This document shows, in pieces, positions 20,800 to 30,424 of a DNA stretch of 64,000 nt; position 1 is the first letter of the stretch; each line of letters starts with the position of its first letter. Both the position numbers and the translations under genes were made by a program. Source of the DNA: Candidatus Omnitrophota bacterium (GTDB lineage: Bacteria > Omnitrophota > Omnitrophia > Omnitrophales > Aquincolibacteriaceae); NCBI GenBank assembly GCA_018883425.1, contig VFQY01000001.1, positions 432 to 64,431 on the forward strand, written 5' to 3'. The notes under the pieces were generated by a model. That model had not been told where the DNA came from. It searched no databases and saw nothing but the letters and a program-made list of their open reading frames with translations.

Positions 20800-21914
20800 T
20801 CGGCCCCTCCGAGATATTCACTCTGCAGGTTTTTCCGCCGGGTCAAGTCCCGCTGAGCATCCCCTCGCCAATCCACCCTGGGAGCCAGCAGCCAGGACCT
20901 TGGGGGCACAATCAGCCCGAGGACCGCACCTGCTCCGTATCCCAGAAACCCTTGGAGTCTCGCTAGACTGGGCGCAGCGAACAACCTGGTGAGGAAAACG
21001 AGTGCTCCTCCGGCATAAGATTTCAGAAGGTTGAGGCGGTCACAAAATGAAGGCCGCCGATCCCCGCGGTAATGATCATTGAGAAAACGGCGGCTGTAGG
21101 CAGACGCGAAGCCGAAGCGGAAGGGTCTGATGGGATATGCGCAGGGAAGAGCTTCGCCAGGATGTTCAATGCCCTCGCTTTCCAGCAAAAGCAACTTCCC
21201 GGCTCGTCCCGCCCGGCGGGAAAGATAAGTATCCTCTCCTAAACCGCAACCGCGAGCAGTTAATGCGAACAGGTCATCCGAATAGCAACTCTCATTCAAG
21301 ACGCTCATGCGGTAAAACATCACACCGCCTCGAAGCCACTGAGTCTCATAGATCATTTGACCAGGAATTTGACGAAGAGGCAAACGATGCCCAGCAGCGC
21401 TAAGCCCGCCGGGCGAGGCTGTGCGCGAAGACTGGAAAAGTTTTAGGAAAACCGAATTCGTCCAAGGGGTTTTTGTTTTTTTTTGATCCGACAAAACATC
21501 GTGACCGCTCAGCTTTCCGCTATCCGTGAACTTGAGGGAAACAGTAAGTCCCGCTGCGCATGTTTTTGTTTTCATGATCCCCAGCATGTCTCGAACAATC
21601 GCGGAATTTCGGAGCCGAAGATCGTCATCGAAATAAAGCAAATATTCTACGGACATTCGTGCAGCGTTCAGCCAGGCCAAGTACCTCTGATACGCAAGAT
21701 TAGCATGCTGAGAGGGCTGATAGACCGCTTGTTTTTGGGTCCTCATCGCCCAATCTTCCAAGAGCCTGGAGATCTCCGGATCTTCGGGGGCGCCGTCGAC
21801 AACAATCAAGACATCCGGCACCGTCTCCTGAAGAGCAAGATCATCCAGAAGTTTTTCCAAAAGACGCGGTCTTTTATACGTACAGACAGCCGCAGCAAAA
21901 CGGACTTCAGACAT
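20796..21914 (-). CDS. Glycosyltransferase family 2
   Basis: VCTYKRP, VVDG, FDDD (DxD), GED motif. Confidence 0.82.
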   Translation of the reverse strand: MSEVRFAAAVCTYKRPRLLEKLLDDLALQETVPDVLIVVDGAPEDPEISRLLEDWAMRTQKQAVYQPSQHANLAYQRYLAWLNAARMSVEYLLYFDDDLRLRNSAIVRDMLGIMKTKTCAAGLTVSLKFTDSGKLSGHDVLSDQKKTKTPWTNSVFLKLFQSSRTASPGGLSAAGHRLPLRQIPGQMIYETQWLRGGVMFYRMSVLNESCYSDDLFALTARGCGLGEDTYLSRRAGRAGKLLLLESEGIEHPGEALPCAYPIRPFRFGFASAYSRRFLNDHYRGDRRPSFCDRLNLLKSYAGGALVFLTRLFAAPSLARLQGFLGYGAGAVLGLIVPPRSWLLAPRVDWRGDAQRDLTRRKNLQSEYLGGAE

Positions 21915-22974
21915 TCGCTCCCCCTTCGGATGCTGTCTTGAGAAGATCTTCGAGGGCGGCCAAAACCGCATCGACCGAGTAAAACTTCACAGCGCGCTCC
22001 CTCCCAGCCCGACCCATCTGAGCGAGCTTATCCCGGTTCTGCACAGCCCAGGTCAGACTCGCTCTCCATTGATCAAAAGTGCTGCAGTGAAATCCCGTTT
22101 TGTCATGATTTACAATTTCTCGATTCACGCCGACAGGCGAGACCAGCGCCGGAATTCCGCACGCCATGTATTGGACCGCTTTCAAACCGCACTTTCCTCT
22201 CTCAAAAGGACTGTCTTCGAGCGGCATCAAACCCACGTCAAAATCTTGAATGAGCTCAACCTCACTGCGTTCCGTCCAGCGGCGGTAAATGACTCTGCGC
22301 CCCCCCCAGTTGACCCTCGGATCCTTTTCAAGGACCAGCACGAATTCGGCTTCCTGATCAACCTCAGTGAGGCACTCAGAAATCTTTTTTAAAAGCGGTG
22401 CAGCCAGTGAGAAAGAACCGACTGATCCTGACCAGCCCGCACGAAAGGGTCCAGCCCGCCTCTCTTTTTGAGGCACCCAGCGCAGCGTATCCGCCACCGT
22501 GGGGATCACCGCGCATCGTCGGGGCTGAAAGGCCCGCGCAAAGGCAGCCAGCGTATCATTTCCCGCAGCGGCGCCTTGAGATAACTTCAAGATGCCTTCG
22601 ATTTTTTCCCTGCGGGGGCCGAGATGAATGGCATCGTCAAAATCAAAAACGATCTTGGCTTTCCGGGAATACATCCAAGGCTCGAGAAAACGCACTTTCA
22701 CTTCCGGAACAAGATCTCGGTTCATCATGACCACATCAAATTTTTCAAGATCACGGATGCGCCACACGGCATTGATCAGACGGCCGGCAGCACCCAGACC
22801 CGAGTGCATCCGGCGAAACACACCGTCAGGAAGTGCACTCTTCCATTGCCTTGAGGGCACCGAGGCTCGCACAGCCACCTCATGACCTCGAGCTCTCAAG
22901 GGCTCGGCAAATTGAAGGATGCGGAAGCGCGAGGCAGGGTCGGTCATCGAACCGCTGAGCATAAGAATTCTCAC
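21907..22974 (-). CDS. Glycosyltransferase family 4
   Basis: ASRFR, FDFDDAI, GKCGLKAVQYMACGIPALVSPVG. Confidence 0.85.
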   Translation of the reverse strand: MRILMLSGSMTDPASRFRILQFAEPLRARGHEVAVRASVPSRQWKSALPDGVFRRMHSGLGAAGRLINAVWRIRDLEKFDVVMMNRDLVPEVKVRFLEPWMYSRKAKIVFDFDDAIHLGPRREKIEGILKLSQGAAAGNDTLAAFARAFQPRRCAVIPTVADTLRWVPQKERRAGPFRAGWSGSVGSFSLAAPLLKKISECLTEVDQEAEFVLVLEKDPRVNWGGRRVIYRRWTERSEVELIQDFDVGLMPLEDSPFERGKCGLKAVQYMACGIPALVSPVGVNREIVNHDKTGFHCSTFDQWRASLTWAVQNRDKLAQMGRAGRERAVKFYSVDAVLAALEDLLKTASEGGANV

Positions 22975-24215
22975 GCTTCATTCCCTCTCTTCGAACGAAA
23001 TTCTCTTACCCAATAATTTCCAAGAAGTTCCATCCAGTAACCGAGGCTTCGCGACCGCAGCCTCCGTTTCAGCATCTCATTCTCTTTGACGGCCGCGGCA
23101 AGACGTGATTGAAGCCTGGTCGGGTTTGCTTCAGAAAAAATTTGATGGCCTGGGTAGAGCGCTGCAAGCAGAGGCAGGTAACTGACGAAAATCGGCGTCG
23201 AATCCAGCATTGCCGGCGGCAGAGCTACAGACTGACGCTTGCGCAGCTGGTCCCGGAACTCTTCGACCATCTTCAGGATCAAATCAAAAACACGGCTTGC
23301 CGAGGGCTCAGTGTTTTGAAGAACATCGTTCAGGATGTCATTCTGATAAGCCATTTTGGCAGCTCCGGGATTCAAAAGGTCCGCAACGGCAGTACTCAAA
23401 TGACTCTTCGCTGAGATCTGCCAAACGGCCGGAAAAAAACGGGGTGAATTTGTGTAATCTAGAAAAGCGACCGGCCGGGAAAGCATCATGCTTTCAATCG
23501 CGGCCGTGCTCGGAGTCGTTATCACTGCATCCGCGGACTCGATCAAACGGATGAGCCCCGCTTGGCCCTTATCGGTTTCATGATTCTCGACGCCGAGAAT
23601 GCCGGGAATATCCCGCGTTAATCTCCAAAGGACTTGAATCTCAGGCTTGCTGGACAGAAACTCCTTAAGATCCCGAAGGGATTGCAAAACGAGATTTCTC
23701 TGTTTGTCATCGAACCATGGTTTCTGGGCGGTCATGACAAGAAGCGTTTTCCCCGGCCTGGCCGGCGGCCTCCAGGTTTGACTCTGCAGAATCCGATCAA
23801 GTCTCGGCATACCTGTGACCTCAACCTTGGCGGCATTTCCCCATGCGGCCATCTGACGGGCGCTCTGATGACCCAGACAGCCTATTTTGTCCGCCATGAC
23901 GGGCTGATGCTGGGGCGGTCCGCCCCCGCTGCCGAAAAGTGGGTTTTCATACTGGCACCGCCATTCAAGAATTCCGTCCTGAAGAGCCAGCGAAGGGATG
24001 TTTTGATGACGGGCCTCTTCGATAAACCGCATTTCTTCATGAAGGACTCCGCTGGTAATCAGCACCAAATCAGGTTTGATCTTGGAAAAGACCTCAGCAT
24101 CAAACTCCTTTAGAAAAAAAAATTGTGCCTTCTCTCCAGCCGCCTTGCGGACAGCCTCCGCCTGAGGATCATCTTCACCGCCGACAGCGAGAATTTTCAG
24201 AGGAATAAATTCCAC
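22971..24215 (-). CDS. Putative GT-B fold surface-glycan enzyme of unknown family
   Basis: PDLVL...NIPSLALQDG, VEVTGMPRLD, DAVITTPSTAAIESMMLSRPV resemble TagF-like and NulO/Kdo-transferase-like GT-B proteins. Confidence 0.55.
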   Translation of the reverse strand: MEFIPLKILAVGGEDDPQAEAVRKAAGEKAQFFFLKEFDAEVFSKIKPDLVLITSGVLHEEMRFIEEARHQNIPSLALQDGILEWRCQYENPLFGSGGGPPQHQPVMADKIGCLGHQSARQMAAWGNAAKVEVTGMPRLDRILQSQTWRPPARPGKTLLVMTAQKPWFDDKQRNLVLQSLRDLKEFLSSKPEIQVLWRLTRDIPGILGVENHETDKGQAGLIRLIESADAVITTPSTAAIESMMLSRPVAFLDYTNSPRFFPAVWQISAKSHLSTAVADLLNPGAAKMAYQNDILNDVLQNTEPSASRVFDLILKMVEEFRDQLRKRQSVALPPAMLDSTPIFVSYLPLLAALYPGHQIFSEANPTRLQSRLAAAVKENEMLKRRLRSRSLGYWMELLGNYWVREFRSKRGNEA

Positions 24216-24308
24216 TCAAAGACTCCGGACTTCTCGATTTATTTCCGATTCGAACAGCAAAAAAACCGGCTCATTTGCCTTGCGCCGATGCAGCCATGAT
24301 TTGCGGCT

Positions 24309-25343
24309 TTACCGAGACCCATGATCCGGTCTTTGGACTGCCTGTCCGCCTTCATTCCAGCTCGGGGGCATATTTTTCAAAATTTCAATGTTCTTGAACG
24401 GCCGGCTCTGACGGACGCCGGTCTTTTGGGCCCAAGCCGCCATTTTTTCAATGCCGCGCTCCAACTCCACTGAGCCCTGATATCCAAACAGGCTTTTGGC
24501 CTTGTGATGTTGCGCAAAAGCATGCTGAACTTCCAGGCGGGGTGGTAAATAGTTCACTTGCGGGTTCTTTCCAAAAACCTGCCCAATCACTCTCGCCAAC
24601 TCCTTGATGCTGTAGGGCTGATCCGCTCCGATATTGATCACCTGGCCTCGAGCCTCCGGTATTCCCGGGCTTTCGGCAATGTGCGGGGCAACGTCATCAA
24701 TGTAACTGAAAGCCCGGGTCTGGGAGCCGTCTCCAAAAACAGTCAGCGGTTTATCCTGCATGATCTGATTCATAAAAATACCGATCACATTCCGGTAACG
24801 GTCACCAAGATTCTGGTGCTCTCCATAAACGTTGTGCGGCCGGAAAATAATGTAAGGCAAACCGAACATCTGATGAGCTGCCCGGAGATCCAGCTCTACG
24901 GCAAACTTGGCAATGCCGTAAGGATCCTCCGGACGGGGATTCGTCTCTTCGCTGACGGGAGGCGGCGCGCTCCCGTAAACAGCAATTGAGGAAGTAAAAA
25001 CAAAACACTTCACCTCATGCCTGACCGAAGCATTGATCAGATTGATGCTTCCAAGAACGTTGTTTGTATAATTAAAATGCCTTATGAAATGCGAAAGTCC
25101 TTCCGCCGCGTACGCTGCAAGGTGATACACGTAATCAAATCTGTACTCTTGAAAAAGCCGCTCAACGAGCTCCCCATCGGTCACGCTGCCCTGGACAAAA
25201 ACAGCTCCAGCAGGAACCTGATCCCGGAATCCTCCGCTCAAGTCGTCCAGAACCACAACCTGATGCCCCTCATGCTCGATACAATGCCTCGCCACATGGG
25301 ATCCGATGAAACCTGCCCCTCCCGTCACCAACGATCTTGCCAC
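24309..25343 (-). CDS. NAD-dependent epimerase/dehydratase
   Basis: TGGAGFIGSH, TSSIAVYG, YGIAK (YxxxK), RPHNVYG. Confidence 0.9.
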   Translation of the reverse strand: MARSLVTGGAGFIGSHVARHCIEHEGHQVVVLDDLSGGFRDQVPAGAVFVQGSVTDGELVERLFQEYRFDYVYHLAAYAAEGLSHFIRHFNYTNNVLGSINLINASVRHEVKCFVFTSSIAVYGSAPPPVSEETNPRPEDPYGIAKFAVELDLRAAHQMFGLPYIIFRPHNVYGEHQNLGDRYRNVIGIFMNQIMQDKPLTVFGDGSQTRAFSYIDDVAPHIAESPGIPEARGQVINIGADQPYSIKELARVIGQVFGKNPQVNYLPPRLEVQHAFAQHHKAKSLFGYQGSVELERGIEKMAAWAQKTGVRQSRPFKNIEILKNMPPSWNEGGQAVQRPDHGSR

Positions 25344-25361
25344 AGCTCCCCCTGCAGTATC

Positions 25362-27200
25362 TTAGGCGTCCGCAAAACTTTGTTCAGTCCAGTAACGGTA
25401 AAAAAAATCTTTCTTACTGAGAAGCTCTCCGAAAGCGCCTTGTTCAACAACCCGGCCTTTCTCCAGGACAATAATCTTATCGGCTTTCTTTACCGTAGAA
25501 AACCGATGGGCGATAACGATCAGAGTTTTTTCTGCAGCCGCCTCTTCAATCGCCTCCTGTATTTTCTTTTCGGTAACTGAATCGAGTGCGCTCGTGGCTT
25601 CATCAAAAATCAGAATAGGCGAACCCCGAAGAATGGCTCTCGCAATGGCCAACCGCTGTCTCTCTCCTCCGGATAAACGCACGCCCTTGTCGCCGATAAC
25701 GGTCTCAAGACCCTGAGGCAGGGTTTGAATGAGATCTTCAAGCCTGGATTTCAGGATCACGTTTGCCAAATCTTTCTCAGAAACACTTTTATCGGCTCCA
25801 TAAAGGATGTTGCTTCGTATCGTGTCATTAAAAAGAAGCGTCTCTTGGCTGACGATAGCGAAACATTTTCTCAAAGCATCCAGCGTCAAAGTCCGGATAT
25901 CCCGGCCGTCCATCAGAATACTTCCCGCCTGGGGCTCATACAGCCTGAGGAGCAGATTCACAACGCTTGTTTTTCCGGCGCCTGAACTTCCGACAAGGGC
26001 GGTCATGCGGCCTTTTTCGAACTTCAGATCAATCCCGGCTAAAGCCTTTTTCCCGCCTTTGTAGGTCAACTCGACCCCCCGCAGCTCAAGGGCATGTTGA
26101 AAGTCAACGGCATCAACGGATCCCTGTACTTCACCCCATGCTGACTCTTGGGACAGGATTTCTTCAACCTCGCTCATAGGTCCCATCATTCTGGAAATAT
26201 GGGCCCGGATGTGTCCCAAGGCACCGAAATTGCTCAACGCTCTTCGAAGCGTAAAGAAAAAAATCAGCAATTTTGCAATATCCTGCTCGGCCTTCGTCTG
26301 AAGAAACAGCGCCGCCAGACACATCATGACAAGAAGGGCAAACAGCGCTCCCAGCTCGTAGATCACAGGAACAAGCTCCTGCTTCTTTTCCATGCTGAAT
26401 CGAGCCCTGGCAGATTGAAGACTGCCCGCTTCAAATCTTTTCTCCTCTGCGTCCTCAGTTCTAAAAGCTTTGACCAGCCCAAGATTCATGAGCACATTGG
26501 ATGTCCGGCTGACCCAATCTGCGTTCATCTTAGAGTAAACCTTCGAGCGTTCCTTGATCCTCCGTATCAAACCCGAAATTGTCCTCATAAAGAGCGGCGC
26601 CATGAAAAGCGTCAAAAGCGTCAGGGGCAGCGAAATATAAATCATGACGGCCAGGTAAGGAAAAATCAGCAGACCCGAACAAAGGCTTCGGAATAACGCT
26701 TTCATCGAAACAGCCGTCTCTAGTACCGCCGATGAGATCGTATTGAGGAGGGTGCCCTGGTTTAGCTCATCAAGGCGGCTTTTCGAAGAATGAATAATAC
26801 GGCTGAACAATTTAAGGCGAATGCGGTGGATCGAATCGCAGAGAATGCGGTCCGCAAGGACCAGGGATGCATATTGGAGTAAATTTTTCAACACCGCAGT
26901 AAGAAACACTGCTGACACGAGGAAAATCATCAGCACACTCTGCGGTGTCTTATCTATCGAAAAGCCGAAAAGCACCTTCGCCGCACTGAAAACACGGCTC
27001 TCGAACAGAAAGCCGAAATCGCTCTCGAGAATGCCCTTCAGGAGCGGCATGAGGAGCCCCAAAGTAACCCCCTCGAACAAGACGGCTCCCGCAGAAAGCA
27101 CACAAGCGGCGAAAAACTGATGCCCTCTCAATTCAGCAATTCTGCACAACCGCTGCAGCAAGCGCCATTCAAGAAGCGGCAGCCTGCCTCCTTTATTCAT
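25362..27200 (-). CDS. ABC transporter, fused TMD-NBD (MsbA/PglK/HepA-like glycan flippase)
   Basis: N-terminal TM helices, GSSGAGKT, LSGGERQR, IFDEATSALD, IAHR. Confidence 0.88.
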   Translation of the reverse strand: MNKGGRLPLLEWRLLQRLCRIAELRGHQFFAACVLSAGAVLFEGVTLGLLMPLLKGILESDFGFLFESRVFSAAKVLFGFSIDKTPQSVLMIFLVSAVFLTAVLKNLLQYASLVLADRILCDSIHRIRLKLFSRIIHSSKSRLDELNQGTLLNTISSAVLETAVSMKALFRSLCSGLLIFPYLAVMIYISLPLTLLTLFMAPLFMRTISGLIRRIKERSKVYSKMNADWVSRTSNVLMNLGLVKAFRTEDAEEKRFEAGSLQSARARFSMEKKQELVPVIYELGALFALLVMMCLAALFLQTKAEQDIAKLLIFFFTLRRALSNFGALGHIRAHISRMMGPMSEVEEILSQESAWGEVQGSVDAVDFQHALELRGVELTYKGGKKALAGIDLKFEKGRMTALVGSSGAGKTSVVNLLLRLYEPQAGSILMDGRDIRTLTLDALRKCFAIVSQETLLFNDTIRSNILYGADKSVSEKDLANVILKSRLEDLIQTLPQGLETVIGDKGVRLSGGERQRLAIARAILRGSPILIFDEATSALDSVTEKKIQEAIEEAAAEKTLIVIAHRFSTVKKADKIIVLEKGRVVEQGAFGELLSKKDFFYRYWTEQSFADA

Positions 27201-27316
27201 ACGCTATCCTTGCGCAGGTTTTATGCCCTGCTGTTAAGCGGCAGGCGGAAGAAGTCCTTGTTATGACTGTGTCCCCCGCCCGCTCTCTGACCTTTTCTGA
27301 TGCGGTGAATGAAAAG

Positions 27317-27523
27317 CTATTTGCTCATCCGGCTCATGAGCCAGGCATCCAGGACATCTTTCTTGAACCGCCATTGACCGCCGATTTTTGTCGCAGGGAT
27401 CTCTTGTTTTTTGAGGAGTCGGTAGATTGTGACCAGATGAAACCCTAAATACTTCGCAGCTTCCTTTGGAGTCATGATTTGAGTTCTCTCGGGACGTTTC
27501 GGTGTATTCTTAGATTCTTCCAT
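27317..27523 (-). CDS. Small excisionase/MerR-like HTH (HTH_17) DNA-binding protein, copy 1
   Basis: MTPKEAAKYLG..VTIYRL....IPATKIGGQWRF. Confidence 0.88.
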   Translation of the reverse strand: MEESKNTPKRPERTQIMTPKEAAKYLGFHLVTIYRLLKKQEIPATKIGGQWRFKKDVLDAWLMSRMSK

Positions 27524-27577
27524 GAATGGACCCCTTGATTTACTGTTTTTGCTTGTTTTAGTTATAATCTATTTCAA

Positions 27578-27625
27578 ATATTAATGTCATAATTATAAAT
27601 AGTCAACTCTTGCTATTTATTTTTA
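27578..27625 (-). promoter_or_regulatory. Sigma70-type promoter of HTH copy 1 with conserved upstream element
   Basis: Minus strand TAAAAATAAATAGCAA-gag-TTGACT-N17-TAATAT. Confidence 0.65.
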
Positions 27626-27704
27626 TATAGCAAAAACGCCTTATTTCCTTTTCCTGCCAACATTTCCTAATAATCAATAAAATCCTTTTCTCGACCGCTT
27701 TTAG

Positions 27705-27713
27705 TGCTATAAT
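27705..27713 (+). promoter_or_regulatory. Extended -10 promoter for the 27790 gene
   Basis: TGcTATAAT upstream of the AAAGGAG SD and ATG 27790. Confidence 0.55.
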
Positions 27714-27789
27714 ACGGCCTTTGTTTTTATCACCTAAGCATCCTCGATCAGTTTTCTACCTAGATTCTGGAACCAAAAGGAGTGTTGAA

Positions 27790-28353
27790 ATGAAACTTCG
27801 TTCTGCCTTACTCGCTGTCATGCTTTGCATGACGCTCACGACCCCCCGCCTCCTGGCATCTGAGGATGTCTGGGATCTTGCTGAATCCGAGCAATATGGT
27901 AAGAAAAGCGCCGGCATGGTCGGCCGCGGTCTGATCAATGCCGCAACAAGCCCCGTTGACCTTGTCGTTCAGACTGTAGAAAGCACTCAGGAAGGACCTC
28001 CTTTTTTTGGAACCCTCACGGGGCTCTCTTCAGGCCTTGGCTGCACGGCGCTGCGTGCCTCTTCAGGCATTATGGATGTGGCGACTTTCTGGGTCCCTGG
28101 ATTTAACGGGTTCAAGGTGTCCCGCTCCTACTCGAACTGTCTGGAAGCCGAATACACGAAAGCCCGCTACACACCGGTTCGTGAACCGCAAACCCAAGTG
28201 ATTGAGCAGCCTCAGGTCGTGGTTGTTCAAGAGCCTGCCAAACCCGTTGTGGTGCAGGCTCCGAACCCTATGGACTATGTGAAGAAAGGCGATGCGCCTG
28301 ATCCGATGGCGTACGTTAAGAAGGGCTCCAACGAGAATTCTTACGTAAAATAG
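27790..28353 (+). CDS. Secreted TIGR04073-like (exosortase-associated-type) protein with repeated YVK(KG) tail
   Basis: Signal peptide; K..GRGLINAATSPVDL...G..TG..G...TALR..SG..DVATF.VP pattern; SD AAAGGAG. Confidence 0.6.
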   Translation: MKLRSALLAVMLCMTLTTPRLLASEDVWDLAESEQYGKKSAGMVGRGLINAATSPVDLVVQTVESTQEGPPFFGTLTGLSSGLGCTALRASSGIMDVATFWVPGFNGFKVSRSYSNCLEAEYTKARYTPVREPQTQVIEQPQVVVVQEPAKPVVVQAPNPMDYVKKGDAPDPMAYVKKGSNENSYVK

Positions 28354-28374
28354 TTCCTGGCAAGTTTTTTTCAA

Positions 28375-28417
28375 AAAAATAAAGCCGCTTGGACCTCATC
28401 CAAGCGGCTTTATTTTT
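28375..28417. terminator. Bidirectional intrinsic terminator
   Basis: Perfect 19-bp inverted repeat AAAAATAAAGCCGCTTGGA-cctca-TCCAAGCGGCTTTATTTTT between convergent genes. Confidence 0.9.
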
Positions 28418-28427
28418 GCCTGCAAAC

Positions 28428-29207
28428 TTAAACTTTAACGATATACGCCCTATCCGGAAATTTAGGAACAATCGGTTTTTCAGCTTTATCCAGAAAGAAT
28501 TCATCTACAGCCTTTCGGGCTCCGGGCCATGCGGGGTCATCGTATTCATCAAAAACCATCACCGCTCCAGGATTCATTCTCGGATAAAAAAACTCCAGGC
28601 AAATCTGATAGGATTCGTACAAATCACAATCGAGAAAGACAAAGGCAAACCGCTCACTCGGCAAATGCCGGAGCGATTCCTCAAAAAAACCGGGGATCAC
28701 CTGGACGTCCTTCTCCAAGCCGAAGGCCCTGAGTTTACTCCTCACAAGGGCGATCGAGGTATTGCCGAATCCGCCGATGCTTTTCCTTGAGGACTTCTCT
28801 CCGGATTGATCAATTGCACTCATCACTGAATCATCAAAACCCGCAAAAGAATCAAACGCATAAATTCTTTTTGAGGGCATGATTTTTTTTGCCTGATAGG
28901 CAATAGGTATCAAAGAAGCGCCCTGGTAAACTCCGCATTCGGCGGCTGCTCCAGGCACGTTTCCCACGCGCCTCAGTTTTTCTAGAATGTGCGCCATTCT
29001 CCCCGGTTGCCCTGAAGGAAAAGGGACGTCGATTCCGCAAAGCTCACCGAACCAGCAAGGCCAATCGTGAACATCCTGAACACCCAAACAACGCAGAATC
29101 AATCGGCCCGCCCGCCAAAAAAAAGGGGCGAGCCCTGATTTACGGTAAATATATCGAACCTTGGGAGGGTTCATCTGGGGGGCACTATCGGGTTTTAAAG
29201 AAATCAT
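28428..29207 (-). CDS. TylF/MycF/NovP family O-methyltransferase
   Basis: ECGVYQGAS, FDSFAGF, GFFEESL, LDCDLYES, FDEY. Confidence 0.88.
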   Translation of the reverse strand: MISLKPDSAPQMNPPKVRYIYRKSGLAPFFWRAGRLILRCLGVQDVHDWPCWFGELCGIDVPFPSGQPGRMAHILEKLRRVGNVPGAAAECGVYQGASLIPIAYQAKKIMPSKRIYAFDSFAGFDDSVMSAIDQSGEKSSRKSIGGFGNTSIALVRSKLRAFGLEKDVQVIPGFFEESLRHLPSERFAFVFLDCDLYESYQICLEFFYPRMNPGAVMVFDEYDDPAWPGARKAVDEFFLDKAEKPIVPKFPDRAYIVKV

Positions 29208-30306
29208 CTAGCACGGAGCAGACATATTCCTGATCCGTTCTGCTAAGCTCAGGGTAGATGGGGAGAGCTAAGGTTTCACGGCTCGCTTTCTCGCTTTCCG
29301 GAAAGTCTCCCTCGCGATAGCCCAGAAACGCAAAACACTCCTGTAGATGAAGGGGCCTAGGGTAATACACTTCGGTGCCCACGCCGCGTTCGGCCAGATA
29401 GGCCATAAGATCATCGCGCCGCTGAACCCGAATCACATACTGGTTGTAAACATGCCTGCCGGCTTTCTTCCTCGGCGGGATAACGCGCCCAGAATCAGCC
29501 AGACCGCTCTGCTTGAAAAATTGGTCGTAGAACGCTGCATTGCTTTGACGCTGCCGGGTCCAGGCGTCTAAATATTTCAGTTTCACAATCAAAACGGCCG
29601 CTTGCAGCGCATCAAGCCTGAAGTTGCCGCCGACGGTTTTATAGTAATACTTTTTTTCGGATCCGTGATTGCGCAGAACTTTGATTTTCTTGATGATCGA
29701 TTCATCATGACTCACGACCATTCCGCCGTCACCGAAGCAGCCCAAATTCTTTGAAGGAAAAAACGACAAGCATCCATAGAGCCCCATCGATCCGGCGCGG
29801 CGCCCTTCATCCTCAGCTCCAATAGCCTGAGCAGCGTCTTCGATCACAGAAATTTTGAAGCGTTCGGCCAACTCCAGCACAGGATCCATGTCCGCGGTCT
29901 GCCCGTAAAGATGAACGGGCATCAGCGCCTTGGTTTTCGGGGTGATCCGGCTCTCGAGCTGCAAAGTATTCCAATTGTAGGTTTCCGGATCAATGTCGGC
30001 AAAAACCGGTCTTGCCCCTAAACGCACAATGGATCCTGCAGTCGCAAAAAACGTGTAGGGCGTGGTCAAGACTTCATCCCCGGGACCGATCCCTTCACTC
30101 ATGAGCGCCGCCAGCAGAGCATCGGTTCCCGATGACACTCCGCATCCGTAAGCCACGCCGCAATAGCGCGCTAAAGCGGATTCACACTCCTCAACACGAG
30201 CACCGAGAATGAATTGCTGCTGCTCAAAAAGCTCTGCCATCACCCGGTCGATCTCGGGTTTGATGGTTTGGTATTGAGCCTTGAGATCTAGAAGAGGAAC
30301 CTTCAT
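29185..30306 (-). CDS. DegT family aminotransferase (WbpE-like)
   Basis: VPLLDLKAQY, SSGTDAL, EDAAQAIG, SFFPSKNLGCFGDGG. Confidence 0.9.
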   Translation of the reverse strand: MKVPLLDLKAQYQTIKPEIDRVMAELFEQQQFILGARVEECESALARYCGVAYGCGVSSGTDALLAALMSEGIGPGDEVLTTPYTFFATAGSIVRLGARPVFADIDPETYNWNTLQLESRITPKTKALMPVHLYGQTADMDPVLELAERFKISVIEDAAQAIGAEDEGRRAGSMGLYGCLSFFPSKNLGCFGDGGMVVSHDESIIKKIKVLRNHGSEKKYYYKTVGGNFRLDALQAAVLIVKLKYLDAWTRQRQSNAAFYDQFFKQSGLADSGRVIPPRKKAGRHVYNQYVIRVQRRDDLMAYLAERGVGTEVYYPRPLHLQECFAFLGYREGDFPESEKASRETLALPIYPELSRTDQEYVCSVLDDFFKTR

Positions 30307-30424
30307 TAAATTCACTCAGTTTGAAAGGTTAGCGGTTTAATAGGAGCGGCTATTCTACTCGGAAACTGCGGGAAAGTCTTGCGGAGGAATGTTACGGCTG
30401 GTAATCCGTTCAACCCAGTCTGCT

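Noticed and set aside
2814-25699. Other GCCGATAA matches (near 2815, 25490, 25695)
   Set aside because: They lie inside coding sequences and are not positioned before a start codon.
17234-29124. A8-A9 and T8-T9 runs in glycan genes as phase-variation tracts
   Set aside because: All genes are in frame, and equally long runs occur outside the glycan locus (e.g. ~1800 in acnA, ~51785), so there is no sign of specificity.
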